Assembly: GCA_964524065.1 (NCBI GenBank) | Contig: CAZGCB010000001.1 | Location: forward strand, 16,006-80,005 | DNA from: an uncultured Caulobacterales bacterium | Lineage (GTDB): Bacteria; Pseudomonadota; Alphaproteobacteria; Caulobacterales; Maricaulaceae | Direction: 5' to 3' | Length of the DNA stretch: 64,000 nt | In this document: piece after piece, positions 19,197-29,157 of the stretch | Layout of the letters: each line of letters begins with the position of its first letter | Position numbering within the stretch: the stretch's first letter is position 1 | Program-made: the position numbers and the translations under genes | Notes under the pieces: model-generated | Databases searched by the model: none | Told to the model about the DNA's origin: nothing | Seen by the model: only the letters and a program-made list of their open reading frames with translations

Positions 19197-20555
19197 CTAG
19201 CCTCCCGATTGCAACAAGGGTGACCAGGCCGGGTCAGAGGCCGACCCGACCGTGGCGATGGGGCGGTCATTAAAGCCGGTCAAATCCACCGAACGGATCT
19301 GCTTGGCCAACTCATCGCTGGCCTGCTCAGCGGTGTAAATCAGCACCCGGCCATTGGGCGACCAAGACGGCCGGTCGATCTTAAAATACTCGGCCAAAAT
19401 GCGTTCATTGGAGCCGTCCGGGCGCATGACCCCCAGGAAGAAACGGCCCTGGAACTGCTTTGTAAACGCGATCAAATCACCGCGCGGCGACCAAACTGGC
19501 GTGCCATAGCGGCCCGCGCCACGGCTGATGGGCCGCACCTGGGAGCCATCAGCAGCCATGGTGTAAAGCTTCCTTTGGCCCGCCCCGCTGCGATCGGACG
19601 TGAAAACAATCCGTCGTCCGGTCGGTTCAAAGCTAGGCTCCACATCGATGGACGGCTCGCGCGTCAGACGCAAACGTTGGCGGGTGCGCAAATCAAACAT
19701 GTAAATGTCAGAATTGCCGCCCTCAGACACCGTGGTGACCACGCGCCGGCCGTCCGGGGAAAACCGCGCCGAATAGCTTTCGCTTTCCTGACTGATGTTA
19801 AACAGCGCCTCTTCACGTCCCGTCTCCAAATCGAACAGGTACGTCTTCGGCGCGCCATCGCGATACGACACATAGACAATTTGTTGCGCGCGGGGCGAAA
19901 ACGTCGGCAGGAACACCAGATAATCGCCCTGGGTCAGATACTGACGATTGGCGCTGTCTTGATCCATGATGGTGAGGCGCGTGATGGGATCTGTTTTGGG
20001 TCCCGACTCTTCAATGTAGACGATGCGCGTGTCGAAATAGCCCCGCTCGCCCGTCAGCGCCTGATAGATGCTGTCAGAGATGCGATGGGCGATGCGCCGC
20101 CAATTGCCCCGATCGGCCTCCAGCTGCAGCGCCGTCACCTGCTCCTGGGTGGCGGTGTCCCAAAGCCGGTAGCCCACCAACACTTCGCCATCGCGTCCGA
20201 TCTGCACTTGGCCCGTGATCAGCCCCTGGGCGCCAATGGTGCGCCAATCGCCAAAGCGCGGCTGCACGTTGAAATCGGTGATCGTCTCCAGATACGCCTG
20301 CGGGTTGATCGGACGAAACAGCCCCGACCGCTCCAAATTGCTTGCAATGACGCGGGAGATTTCCGCGCCCAGCTGCCGTGCCTCGCGATCGCCCCCCGGG
20401 GCCAGGAAGGCCGGGATCGCCACGGGCGTCGGCTCCAGATTGCCTTCGGTGATGTCGATGTAAATCTGCGCCTGCGCCGCGACGACGCCGGCCAGAGCGA
20501 TCACCAACGCCAGGACGGCGCTGCGGACGCGATAAAGCAAAACAGAAACGCTCAT
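19197..20555 (-). CDS. tolB: Tol-Pal system beta-propeller protein TolB
   Basis: Signal peptide. Repeated FSPDG/WSPRG/WSPNG propeller motifs. Lies between tolA and pal. Confidence 0.95.
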   Translation of the reverse strand: MSVSVLLYRVRSAVLALVIALAGVVAAQAQIYIDITEGNLEPTPVAIPAFLAPGGDREARQLGAEISRVIASNLERSGLFRPINPQAYLETITDFNVQPRFGDWRTIGAQGLITGQVQIGRDGEVLVGYRLWDTATQEQVTALQLEADRGNWRRIAHRISDSIYQALTGERGYFDTRIVYIEESGPKTDPITRLTIMDQDSANRQYLTQGDYLVFLPTFSPRAQQIVYVSYRDGAPKTYLFDLETGREEALFNISQESESYSARFSPDGRRVVTTVSEGGNSDIYMFDLRTRQRLRLTREPSIDVEPSFEPTGRRIVFTSDRSGAGQRKLYTMAADGSQVRPISRGAGRYGTPVWSPRGDLIAFTKQFQGRFFLGVMRPDGSNERILAEYFKIDRPSWSPNGRVLIYTAEQASDELAKQIRSVDLTGFNDRPIATVGSASDPAWSPLLQSGG

Positions 20556-20624
20556 GGATGCGGTCTCCGATGTGTGTGGCGGCCATAACGCCGGCCCAGC
20601 CCCCCGCCGGGCGACTCCGCTCGC

Positions 20625-21521
20625 TTAGAAGGTCATTATCACGAAACGATTTTCTTCAAAGGGCTCCGGCGGGCGATCATAGGGCTCGCAGCGGATCACC
20701 GCTTGCACCGCGCGCCGGCGGGCCGTCTCCCAAAAAGGATCGCCGCTGGCGGCGATTTGTCCCGCATTGAGCACGGTGATGCCGCCTTCAATAGAGCCCT
20801 CACGGTTCAACTCAATGCGGATCTCCACCGGCACGCCCTCGGGGTTCGGCAAGTCCACATTGCTGCGCCAACAGGTGCGCATCTTCGCCCGCACCACCTT
20901 TTTGTAATCATCCACCGTGCTGGGTCCGGTGAAGGCGCTTTGCGGCCCCACGGGCTGCGGATTGAAGCGGGGTTGGGGCTGCGTTTGCTGGGCGGCGCGC
21001 TCATCGAGCAAATCCAACAGCGCATCACGTGACGGTTGCGGACGCAGGGGCTTCACCCGCGGCGTCGGCGGCGGCGCATCGAGATCGATCTCCTCCTCCT
21101 CCGGCGGATCTTCCACCGGGCTGGGCAAGGCCTCCACCATCTCCGGCTCCAGGGGCGTGTCTTCCGGCGGGCGTTCGGGCGTGATGATCGTTTCATCCGC
21201 CGGTGTTTGCGCCGGCGCGCTGTCTTGGGTGGTGGCGAGCACCTCCTCATCCCCCTGGTCGACGCCCTCCGCAGGGACATCCTCACTCTGCGCCGTATCG
21301 GGGGGCGGCGGCTTCAGCGTCGGCGAGGGCGGCGCCGGTTCGCCGCCGCCGGAGGGAATCAGCTCTTCAAAATCACCGAGCACCACGTCCACGGGGATGT
21401 ACTCCGGCGGCTCATAAACCGCATCCACATAGGGCAAGCTGGCCACGGTGACGACGCCCAGCACCGCGTGCCCTATGGTCGAAATTGTGAGAGGGCCGCC
21501 CAACCGCATCGCCGCGTCCAC
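20625..21521 (-). CDS. tolA: TolA-like envelope protein (N-terminal TM, Pro/Glu-rich linker, TolA/TonB-type C-terminal domain)
   Basis: One TM segment, a long P/E-rich spacer, and its position between tolR and tolB. Confidence 0.7.
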   Translation of the reverse strand: MDAAMRLGGPLTISTIGHAVLGVVTVASLPYVDAVYEPPEYIPVDVVLGDFEELIPSGGGEPAPPSPTLKPPPPDTAQSEDVPAEGVDQGDEEVLATTQDSAPAQTPADETIITPERPPEDTPLEPEMVEALPSPVEDPPEEEEIDLDAPPPTPRVKPLRPQPSRDALLDLLDERAAQQTQPQPRFNPQPVGPQSAFTGPSTVDDYKKVVRAKMRTCWRSNVDLPNPEGVPVEIRIELNREGSIEGGITVLNAGQIAASGDPFWETARRRAVQAVIRCEPYDRPPEPFEENRFVIMTF

Positions 21522-21524
21522 ACG

Positions 21525-21983
21525 CTAATTATCAATGTGGGTGGTCACCAGACCCACATTGATAAAGCCGGCGGCGCGCACGCGCGCCATGACACGCACC
21601 ACGGAGCCGTAATCGGCGCCCTCATCGCCGCGGATGAAGATGCGGATTTCACTCGCCTCCTGGCCGCGCTCGCGCACGATCGCGTCCAGCTTGGCCGCCA
21701 GCAAATCCAGCAAAATCTCCTCATCACCGTCGGCGCCGCCGAGATACACGCGCCCATCGGCCGTCACGGTGACCGCCAAGGGCGATTGCTGTGTCGGTAA
21801 GGCGCGGCTCTCGGTTTTCGGCAAATCCACCGGCTCGCCGACCGTCAGCAACGGCGCCGACACCATGAACACGATCAGCAGCACCAACATGACATCCACA
21901 AAGGGCGTCACATTGATCTCCGACATGGGGCGAAAGCGCTGCCCGCGCCTGCGCCCATTGGGATGCATCAAAGTCGCCGCCAT
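21525..21983 (-). CDS. tolR: Tol-Pal system protein TolR (ExbD family)
   Basis: MSEINVTPFVDVMLVLLIVFMV motif. Confidence 0.9.
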   Translation of the reverse strand: MAATLMHPNGRRRGQRFRPMSEINVTPFVDVMLVLLIVFMVSAPLLTVGEPVDLPKTESRALPTQQSPLAVTVTADGRVYLGGADGDEEILLDLLAAKLDAIVRERGQEASEIRIFIRGDEGADYGSVVRVMARVRAAGFINVGLVTTHIDN

Positions 21984-22002
21984 GCGTCAGCCTGCTCGCT
22001 TG

Positions 22003-22725
22003 TTAACCCACGCGTTCTTGCGCTCGTCGGGACAAAATCGCCGACAACTCGTCGGCATACCCCTCCAATTGAGCAGCAAATTTCGACAGATCCGTGGAGA
22101 ATTTGTTGTAAAAAATGACCGCCGGGATCGCCGCCAGCAAACCCAAGGCCGTCGCAAACAGCGCTTCGGCGATGGGCGGCGCCACCACCGCCAGGCTGGT
22201 GTCATTGGAGGCCGCGATGGAGCGGAAGGCGTTCATGATCCCCCACACGGTGCCGAACAGGCCGATAAAGGGCGAGGCCGAGCCCACCGAAGCGAGAATA
22301 CCCAACCCCTGCTCCACCCGCGACAATTCCCGTGACACCACCAACCCCATAACCCGATCAATCCGTTCGGTCAGGCTGAGAATGGAGCCGCCATCGCGCC
22401 CCGCCGCGCCGCGGGCGCGGCTTTCGCGCCATTCGCGCATGGCGGCGGAAAAAATCCGCGCCATGGGCTCGCGCGGGCCGTCGCCCATGCTGGCGGCCAA
22501 CTCCTCCAGGGAACGGCCGGCCCAAAACGCCTCCTCAAAGCGGCGCGCCTGTTTGCGCAGCGCCCCAAATTGCATCTGCTTGTCGATCACGATGGCCCAG
22601 GACCAAATCGAGGCCACGACCAGCATGATCATCACGGTCTTCACGACCACGTCCGCCTTCATGAACAAGGCGATGAATGAGAAGTCCGACGCCGCGGCCG
22701 CGACGCCGATAGCGGCGTAATCCAT
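22003..22725 (-). CDS. tolQ: Tol-Pal system protein TolQ (MotA/ExbB family)
   Basis: Three TM segments. LASVGSASPFIGLFGTVWGIM and VAPPIAEALFATALGL motifs. Confidence 0.9.
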   Translation of the reverse strand: MDYAAIGVAAAASDFSFIALFMKADVVVKTVMIMLVVASIWSWAIVIDKQMQFGALRKQARRFEEAFWAGRSLEELAASMGDGPREPMARIFSAAMREWRESRARGAAGRDGGSILSLTERIDRVMGLVVSRELSRVEQGLGILASVGSASPFIGLFGTVWGIMNAFRSIAASNDTSLAVVAPPIAEALFATALGLLAAIPAVIFYNKFSTDLSKFAAQLEGYADELSAILSRRAQERVG

Positions 22726-22854
22726 ACTCAGGCGACCTCTTTGATGCGGCGAGCCCCCGCTCCCCTCGCGCGCCGGCGCTTAGATGTGGTGCGCAGCGAT
22801 TATGACGATTTCAGGACCCAAAACTATCCTCGGATGCGAGTCGTGCACGCGAAT

Positions 22855-23307
22855 TTACCCCGGTTTTTCGCTGAGCCACGGGTTGATTGCAGCAATCAAC
22901 GCCGCAGGCGCGCGGCGCGCCCGCCCCGCGGGCGTCAAACACACCCCTTCCACATCCGCGTCCACCACGATATCCGCGCCGCGCACAATGGTTTGACCGA
23001 TGATCAGCCGCGCCCCGCGCACATCGAAAAAGCGTGTGCGCACACGCAAACTGTCATCAATGCGCGCGGCGGCGCGGTACTCGATTTTCAAGCTGCGGAT
23101 GGCGAACGCCATGGGATCGGGGCCATCCCACAGCGCGTGATGGTGCACCCCGGCGCAGCGCAAAAACTCCGTGCGCCCCCGCTCCAGGAACTGCAGATAG
23201 CGCGCATAATAGACAACACCGGAAAAATCGGTGTCCTCATAGTAGACACGCACAGCCAGCTCGTGCGCCACATCGCCGGAGCCGGCCGCGCCCGCAAACC
23301 GCCCCAT
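22855..23307 (-). CDS. ybgC: Tol-Pal-associated acyl-CoA thioesterase YbgC (hotdog fold)
   Basis: VRVYYEDTDFSGVVYYARYLQFLERGRTEFL. I used the internal start at 23307; an alternative is 23379. The track ORF is N-terminally over-extended. Confidence 0.85.
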   Translation of the reverse strand: MGRFAGAAGSGDVAHELAVRVYYEDTDFSGVVYYARYLQFLERGRTEFLRCAGVHHHALWDGPDPMAFAIRSLKIEYRAAARIDDSLRVRTRFFDVRGARLIIGQTIVRGADIVVDADVEGVCLTPAGRARRAPAALIAAINPWLSEKPG

Positions 23308-23398
23308 GGACGGCTCGTCCCCCGGCGGCGCCTGCGGATCCGGCCGACCGTCGCCACGCCCAGCGGAAGCGCCCGTCATCACGGGAGAGCCCGTCACG

Positions 23399-24994
23399 CT
23401 AGAGCGCGTCGACGCGGAACACCTCGCCACCGCCGAAATCGACGATGTAGAGATTGCCCAGCGCGTCCTCGCCAAAGCTGGTGATGCGTTCGAAGGCCCC
23501 CGCATCCGGGGCGAAATCGGCATTGCGCAGCGTCAGATTCTCCGCGTCAAACACCTCGCCCTGCACCAAATCGCTCACCGGAACCGACCAAATGTTCGCG
23601 CTGATGAAATCGCCGAACACATATTCGCCCTGCAGCGACTCCAACGGGCCGCGATACACATAACCGCCCGTGACCGAATTGCCTTCAAAGTCGCCGGGGT
23701 TGTTACGGTCAGCCGGGTGGGCGTACTCGATCACCGGCGGGGTGAAGCTGGGATCATCCACGCCATTGAAGGGCAACGTGCCCTCCAGCTCGCCCCAGCC
23801 GAAATTGGCGCCAAAATCCTCCGGCCGCAGGAGGTTGATCTCCTCACGCGCGGTTTCGCCGACCTCGCCGCAATAAATAAAGTCAGTCAGCCCATCGAAA
23901 GCGCAGCGGAACGGATTGCGCAGACCATAGGCGACGATCTCATCGGCCCCGTCGGTTCCCACAAACGGATTGTCCGCAGGAATCGCGTAATTGCGATCGT
24001 CATCATCGGGGAAATCATCGCCGGTGACATCAATGCGCAGGATCGTGCCCAGCAGGGTGTCGATGTCTTGCGCCCGGTCCGTCCCGGCCGAGCCGCCGCC
24101 ATCGCCGATGGCGATGTACAAAAACCCATCCGCACCGAAATCCAACCACCCGCCATTATGGTTGGTGGCGGGCTGATCGACCACCAGCAGCACCTCTTTA
24201 GACAAGGGGTCGGCGAGGTCGCCGCTGCTGGCATACCGCCGAATCTCCGAATCGCCGCTGTTATTGGTCACCGCGACATAAAACACACCCGACACTGCAA
24301 AGTCCGGCGCCAGCGCCAAGCCGAGCAGGCCGCGTTCATTTTCCGTCGTGATATCATCGAGATCCAGGAACGGCATCGACGCCGTCAGCCCCGTCATGGG
24401 ATCGAGGATTTCGATGTCGCCTTCCTTCTCCACAACGAACAAGCGGCCCGAGCCATCACCGCGATCGGTGACGAAGAGCGGCTGCGCCAAGCCCGAGGCG
24501 ATGCGCGTCACCGACGGCGTGTCCTCCACATTGGTGACTGTGATGGCGAGGTCCAGCGTCTGTGTCGCGGCGCCATCGGTGACGCTCACCGTGACATCAT
24601 AGACATTGTTCCCGTCATCATCGCCCGGCTCTTCAAAATTCGGCCCGGCCTGAAAGCGCAATGTCGCTTCGCCCGGCCCGGCGTCCTCCAGCACAAACGC
24701 GCTGGCGTCATCGCCGCTCAGGCTAAAGCTCAGCGTGTCGCCATCAGCGTCGCTCGCCGTGGCGGTGTAGAACGCGCCGGTCGTGTTCTCCGCCACATCA
24801 AGGGCGCCGCCAACCGAGGTGAATTCAGGCGGCGTATTGCCCGGGGTCGGGGTTGGCGTTGGAGTCGGGGTTGGCGTTGGCGTCGTGGTCGGCGTCGGCT
24901 CTGAGCTTGAGCCGCCATCACCATCCGAACACGCTGTCACAGCCACGGCCAGCGCGCCCAACGCCGCACCCATCCACATCGTCCGCTTCATCAT
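23399..24994 (-). CDS. Lipoprotein with a Thr/Pro linker, a cadherin-like domain and a PQQ-dependent sugar (glucose/sorbosone) dehydrogenase-type beta-propeller
   Basis: Lipobox AVTACS. TPTPTPTPTPTP linker. NTPPEF...DADGD...VTNVED (cadherin-like). HNGGWLDFGADGFLYIAIGDGGG and YGLRNPFRCAFD (SGDH-type). Confidence 0.75.
   Translation of the reverse strand: MMKRTMWMGAALGALAVAVTACSDGDGGSSSEPTPTTTPTPTPTPTPTPTPGNTPPEFTSVGGALDVAENTTGAFYTATASDADGDTLSFSLSGDDASAFVLEDAGPGEATLRFQAGPNFEEPGDDDGNNVYDVTVSVTDGAATQTLDLAITVTNVEDTPSVTRIASGLAQPLFVTDRGDGSGRLFVVEKEGDIEILDPMTGLTASMPFLDLDDITTENERGLLGLALAPDFAVSGVFYVAVTNNSGDSEIRRYASSGDLADPLSKEVLLVVDQPATNHNGGWLDFGADGFLYIAIGDGGGSAGTDRAQDIDTLLGTILRIDVTGDDFPDDDDRNYAIPADNPFVGTDGADEIVAYGLRNPFRCAFDGLTDFIYCGEVGETAREEINLLRPEDFGANFGWGELEGTLPFNGVDDPSFTPPVIEYAHPADRNNPGDFEGNSVTGGYVYRGPLESLQGEYVFGDFISANIWSVPVSDLVQGEVFDAENLTLRNADFAPDAGAFERITSFGEDALGNLYIVDFGGGEVFRVDAL
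24843..24898 (-). repeat. Short in-frame tandem repeat that encodes the (Thr-Pro)n linker
   Basis: Iterated ggggttggcgttgg(a/c)gtc units on the plus strand. They lie inside the CDS. Confidence 0.8.
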
Positions 24995-25168
24995 GTCCCT
25001 CTCCCAAAACCGGCGATTTCAGTAACCCTACCTTGGCGGCTTTGGGAACCGTTCATGCCAGTTGGCGCCGCACGAACGATGTCTGCAGCGGGCCGCGACG
25101 TTTGGCGGGCACGGCCACGGGGCGCACGACATCCCGCGGCGGGTTTGGCGCCCAGAACCGTGACCGGC

Positions 25169-26218
25169 TCACACCTCGCGGTCGGAGAATAAATCCTCGC
25201 CTGTCCCGGTTCCGGCCGGCGGCTTCAAGCCGAGATGCGCATAAGCGTGGGGCGTCGCCACCCGCCCGCGCGGCGTGCGGGCGACAAAGCCCTGCTGGAT
25301 GAGGAACGGCTCCACCACCTCCTCCAGCGCGTCGCGCGCCTCCGCCAGCGCCGCCGCCAACGTATCAAGACCCACCGGTCCGCCGGCGAATTTCACCACC
25401 AGCGCATCGAGATAGCGTCGGTCTTGAGCGTCGAGGCCGATGGCGTCCACCTCAAGGCGCCCCAGCGCCGCGTCGGCGGCCTTGGCGTCAATGGCTTTGA
25501 GTTTGTCGGCTTCCGCGAAGTCCCGCACCCGACGCAGCAGCCGCCCCGCCACCCGCGGCGTGCCGCGCGCGCGCCGTGCAATTTCGCGCGCCCCATCCTC
25601 TTGTAGCGGCGCGCCAAGTTTCGAGGCTCCGCGCGCGACAATGCGGGTCAGCTGTTCCACATCGTAAAACTCGAGCCGCACCGGTACGCCGAACCGGTCG
25701 CGCAGCGGGGTCGCCAGCAGGCCGGCCCGCGTGGTCGCGCCGATGAGCGTGAAGGGATTGAGGTCGATTTTGAGCGTGCGCGCCGCTGGGCCTTCGCCGA
25801 TGACGAGGTCGAGCTCAAAATCCTCCATGGCGGGATAGAGCACTTCCTCCACCGCCGGATGCAGCCGGCGGATCTCATCAATGAACAGCACATCGCGCGG
25901 TTCGAGATTGGTGAGGATCGCCGCCAAATCCCCCGCACGCGCCAAGACGGGCCCAGAGGTTGAGCGGAAATTCACCCCCAGCTCCTTGGCGATGATTTGC
26001 GCGAGCGTCGTCTTGCCCAGCCCCGGCGGACCGGACAGAAGCACATGGTCGAGCGCCTCCTCGCGCCCGCCCGCGGCTTTCACGAATACTTTGAGGTTCG
26101 CGACCGCCGCCTCCTGGCCGACAAAATCGCCGAAGGACAAGGGCCGCAGCGCCTTGTCCCGCCCATCACCGGGCTGGCTGTCGGAGGAGACGACGCGGGC
26201 GGAGGGATCCTCGCTCAC
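25169..26218 (-). CDS. ruvB: Holliday junction branch migration ATPase RuvB
   Basis: [35 protein letters not shown]. Confidence 0.95.
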   Translation of the reverse strand: MSEDPSARVVSSDSQPGDGRDKALRPLSFGDFVGQEAAVANLKVFVKAAGGREEALDHVLLSGPPGLGKTTLAQIIAKELGVNFRSTSGPVLARAGDLAAILTNLEPRDVLFIDEIRRLHPAVEEVLYPAMEDFELDLVIGEGPAARTLKIDLNPFTLIGATTRAGLLATPLRDRFGVPVRLEFYDVEQLTRIVARGASKLGAPLQEDGAREIARRARGTPRVAGRLLRRVRDFAEADKLKAIDAKAADAALGRLEVDAIGLDAQDRRYLDALVVKFAGGPVGLDTLAAALAEARDALEEVVEPFLIQQGFVARTPRGRVATPHAYAHLGLKPPAGTGTGEDLFSDREV

Positions 26219-26904
26219 CGCCCAATCTCCTTCAGCGCCGTTTTCACCAGCGCATCCAAGCCAGCGTCCGGATCCGCGCCCTGGGCGGCGCTGACCGCGG
26301 CGCGCGCATCGGCATCCGGAATACCGAGATTGGCGAGCGCTGACACGGCATCCTCGCGCAGCCGATAGGCCTCATCCGACACCGTCAGCGCCTGCGCCGT
26401 CTCCTCCGTGTCTGAACCATCCGCGGCCTCGCCAGGACCAGCGCCCGCGCCTGCCGCCACACGCACATCCGCGCCCGCACCGCCAAGGCCGAGCCGCGTC
26501 TGCGGCGCCGGCTTGCCCTTCAGCTCCGCCACCACCCGCTGCGCCACGCGGGGCCCGACGCCCTTGGCCCGTGCGACAGCGGCTTTGTCCTCGCGCTCGG
26601 CCGCGGCCATCAAATCGGCGGGGCTCAGCACATCGAGAATGGCGAGCGCGACCTTTGCGCCGACGCCTTGCACCGCTAAGAGCCGCGCGAACCAGGCCCG
26701 CTCCGCCTCGGACAAAAAGCCATAGAGGCGGATGAAATCCTCGCGCACCTGCGTCTCAATAAACAGCGCCGCCGGCTGTCCCGGCGCGGGCAAGCGCGAC
26801 AAGGTCCGCGCGCCGCACAACACCACATAGCCGACGCCATTGACGTCCAGCAGCGCCTCCTCGGCGCCGACGCCGTCCACCACGCCCTTCAGCTTGCCGA
26901 TCAT
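26215..26904 (-). CDS. ruvA: Holliday junction DNA helicase subunit RuvA
   Basis: [13 protein letters not shown]...[23 protein letters not shown]. Internal start at 26904. The stop overlaps the ruvB start. Confidence 0.9.
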   Translation of the reverse strand: MIGKLKGVVDGVGAEEALLDVNGVGYVVLCGARTLSRLPAPGQPAALFIETQVREDFIRLYGFLSEAERAWFARLLAVQGVGAKVALAILDVLSPADLMAAAEREDKAAVARAKGVGPRVAQRVVAELKGKPAPQTRLGLGGAGADVRVAAGAGAGPGEAADGSDTEETAQALTVSDEAYRLREDAVSALANLGIPDADARAAVSAAQGADPDAGLDALVKTALKEIGR

Positions 26905-26917
26905 GCGCGCGCGCCCC

Positions 26918-27406
26918 TCATCCCTGCACCGCCGCCAGCCGGCTTCCCGCATGCTGGGCATGGCAAATCGCCACCGCCAGCGCGTCCGCCGCATCCGCCG
27001 TCGCGCGGCACCCCGGCAGGAGCATGGCCACCATGGCCGCCACTTGGCTTTTCTCCGCACCACCGGAACCCGTGACGGTTTTCTTCACCAGCCGCGGCGC
27101 GTACTCCGCCGACACCAAGCCCGCTTGCGAAATCGCCAGCAACGCCGCCGCGCGCGCGTGCCCAAGTTTCAACGCCGAGGCCGCATTGGCATGCATGAAC
27201 GCATCTTCCACTGCGGCGGCCTGGGGCCGATGCTCGGCAAGCACGGCGCTGAGGCCTTCAAACAACACAGCCAATCGTCCCGATAGCGGCCCTGATGGAT
27301 CCGGCGCCACCACGCCATGGGCGATGTGGGTGAGCTTGGCGCCCTCCTGGACCACCACGCCCCAGCCGCATCGCCGTAACCCCGGATCGACACCCAATAC
27401 GCGCAT
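26918..27406 (-). CDS. ruvC: Holliday junction resolvase RuvC
   Basis: MRVLGVDPGLRRCGWGVV and C-terminal DAADALAVAICHA. Confidence 0.9.
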   Translation of the reverse strand: MRVLGVDPGLRRCGWGVVVQEGAKLTHIAHGVVAPDPSGPLSGRLAVLFEGLSAVLAEHRPQAAAVEDAFMHANAASALKLGHARAAALLAISQAGLVSAEYAPRLVKKTVTGSGGAEKSQVAAMVAMLLPGCRATADAADALAVAICHAQHAGSRLAAVQG

Positions 27407-27469
27407 CCGCCGCCCTCACATGTTCGACAGATGTTCTGTTGCGGTGATTTGCTCGGGCTGCAAAGCCCG

Positions 27470-28048
27470 TCAGCTATCGCCAGCCTTGTTTGCAGCGCCG
27501 TGCGGATCCGTCGCCGCCGGAGCGTCCACGTCCTCCTGCGGCAGGGCTTCTTGGCGATCAAGGATCACCACGCCCTTCGCCACATCCACATGCGGCGCGG
27601 CCGCCAAAGTGAAGGGACAGTACCACGCGCCCTTCACCCCCGGCGTCTGATGGATCTCCAAAAGGTCGCCCGAGCCGAAATCATGCACGGCCTTGATGCG
27701 CCCCAGATCCTCTCCCGCCAAGTCTTGCACCGCCAGGCCAATCAAATCGGCATGGTAGAACTCGTCAGTTTCCAGTGCGGGCAAACGCGCCCGTTCCACA
27801 TGCAGGCGTGCGGATTTCAGCGCGGCGGCTTCCTCGCGGCTCGTGACTTCGGTGGTGTACGCCGCAAAGCCATCCTTGACATGACGCCAAGACTCCACCG
27901 TGAGAAACGCGCGCCCCTCCCCATCCAAAAACGGGTTATAGTCAAATAAATCCTCGGGTTGTTCTGTGAAGGACTTGATGCGCACTTCGCCGCGCACCCC
28001 AAACGCGCCCGCCACAGCGCCCAAGACAATCAAGTCGCGGCTTGGCAC
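27470..28048 (-). CDS. rimM: 16S rRNA processing protein RimM
   Basis: LGAVAGAFGVRGEVRIKSFT and PRC-barrel C-terminus. Lies downstream of rpsP. Confidence 0.85.
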   Translation of the reverse strand: MPSRDLIVLGAVAGAFGVRGEVRIKSFTEQPEDLFDYNPFLDGEGRAFLTVESWRHVKDGFAAYTTEVTSREEAAALKSARLHVERARLPALETDEFYHADLIGLAVQDLAGEDLGRIKAVHDFGSGDLLEIHQTPGVKGAWYCPFTLAAAPHVDVAKGVVILDRQEALPQEDVDAPAATDPHGAANKAGDS

Positions 28049-28533
28049 GTGTTCACATCCTTCATCAGCATCACCACCGTCTTGCCGGCATCACTGACCC
28101 GCGTTTCAAGACGCTGAAAGCCAAGCCTTTGGTGAAACGCCAGCGATTGGGGGTTAGGCGGCTTTTCATTCACCTCACAGGCCAAGATGCCAGCCCCCCG
28201 TGCGCGCATGTGCGTTTCAAGGTCCGCATAAAGCGCGCGGCCAAGGCCACGCCCCCAAGCGCCGGCCTCAACAGCGACACGATCAACATACCAAAAATCT
28301 GCGAAGCGCCTGGAAAACCAACGATAATTGTCGCTGGAATATGCCGTGCCCGACGGCATCGCCAGCAAAAATCCCATCACAACGCCATCACACTCCGCCA
28401 CCCGCGCCACGCCGCAGTGAGCCAACAGCGCGCCCAGCTCCGTCGCCTCCAAAGTCGGCAACGCAGGGATCGAAGCATTATTGAGAGCCACGATCGATGC
28501 GCCATCAGCAGAAGATACGTCCCGTATCACCAT
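28030..28533 (-). CDS. GNAT-family N-acetyltransferase inserted between rpsP and rimM
   Basis: YVDRVAVEAGAWGRGLGRALY (acetyl-CoA binding Q/RxxGxG/A) and AFHQRLGF. The start is uncertain: 28533, 28605 or 28623. Confidence 0.7.
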   Translation of the reverse strand: MVIRDVSSADGASIVALNNASIPALPTLEATELGALLAHCGVARVAECDGVVMGFLLAMPSGTAYSSDNYRWFSRRFADFWYVDRVAVEAGAWGRGLGRALYADLETHMRARGAGILACEVNEKPPNPQSLAFHQRLGFQRLETRVSDAGKTVVMLMKDVNTCQAAT

Positions 28534-28619
28534 CGCAGCGCTAGCATCAGCGAGATATGATTGGCGGCACGACCCGTCGATGCCTTCGCGATCAGCCAAT
28601 GTCATACACCTGGAGCCAC

Positions 28620-29096
28620 TCAACTCTCAGCAGTTTCTTCAGCGGGGGCCGCTTTAGCCTCTTCTTCAGCGGCCTTTTTCGCCTCTTCTTTTTCCGCTTT
28701 TTCAGCAAGACGTTGCTTCGCGGCCTCGCCTGGCTCCCCCTTTTTCGGGTTATTGCCAGCTTTCCAAATATAGAGCGGACGGGCGCCCGCTTCACCTTCC
28801 GGCACACGGATGAGTTCCGGCGCATCAGCGCCGTCCGGCATGTCTTCTTTCACATGGATGAAGGAGAAAAACCGCGCCACCCGATCGGTGGGCGTGGCGC
28901 CTTTCTTGATCCACGCATCGGCTTTGGCGAAGTCCACCACCACCCGCTCGTCATGATCTTTCGGTAGCAGTGGATTGTAGCGGCCGATCTTTTCAATGAA
29001 GCGGCCATCACGCGGCGAGCGGCTGTCCGCCACAACAATCCGATAAAAGGGACGCTTCTTGGCGCCGCCACGGGCAAGTCTGATTTTCAGGGCCAT
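28620..29096 (-). CDS. rpsP: 30S ribosomal protein S16 with a Lys/Ala/Glu-rich C-terminal extension
   Basis: [42 protein letters not shown]. Confidence 0.9.
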   Translation of the reverse strand: MALKIRLARGGAKKRPFYRIVVADSRSPRDGRFIEKIGRYNPLLPKDHDERVVVDFAKADAWIKKGATPTDRVARFFSFIHVKEDMPDGADAPELIRVPEGEAGARPLYIWKAGNNPKKGEPGEAAKQRLAEKAEKEEAKKAAEEEAKAAPAEETAES

Positions 29097-29157
29097 CGTC
29101 TGTCTCTTTCCTTCACTCTCATGCGCTTATTCTTGGGTTATCACGTGTCGATACCGA

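Noticed and set aside
24843-24898. Tandem short repeats that might have been a mini CRISPR or VNTR locus
   Set aside because: The repeats are in frame inside a CDS and simply encode a (Thr-Pro)n linker. There are no spacers and no cas genes.
23306-24904. 532-aa plus-strand ORF opposite the cadherin/SGDH lipoprotein gene
   Set aside because: Antisense artefact. The minus-strand product has a lipobox, a cadherin-like motif and SGDH motifs, whereas the plus-strand product is Arg/Ile/Ala-rich and has no motifs.
26904-27063. N-terminal over-extensions of track ORFs: ruvA here, and likewise pal, ybgC, flgI, ftsH, rpmB, neuB, the reductase and the cytidylyltransferase
   Set aside because: The extensions are Arg-rich, overlap upstream genes and precede well-conserved N-terminal motifs that begin at internal ATGs, several with good RBSs. 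I used the internal starts.
28620-28830. C-terminal Lys/Ala/Glu-rich extension of S16, and a similar tail on L28 at 13475-13570
   Set aside because: Such extensions are widespread in Alphaproteobacteria and are not a distinguishing feature.
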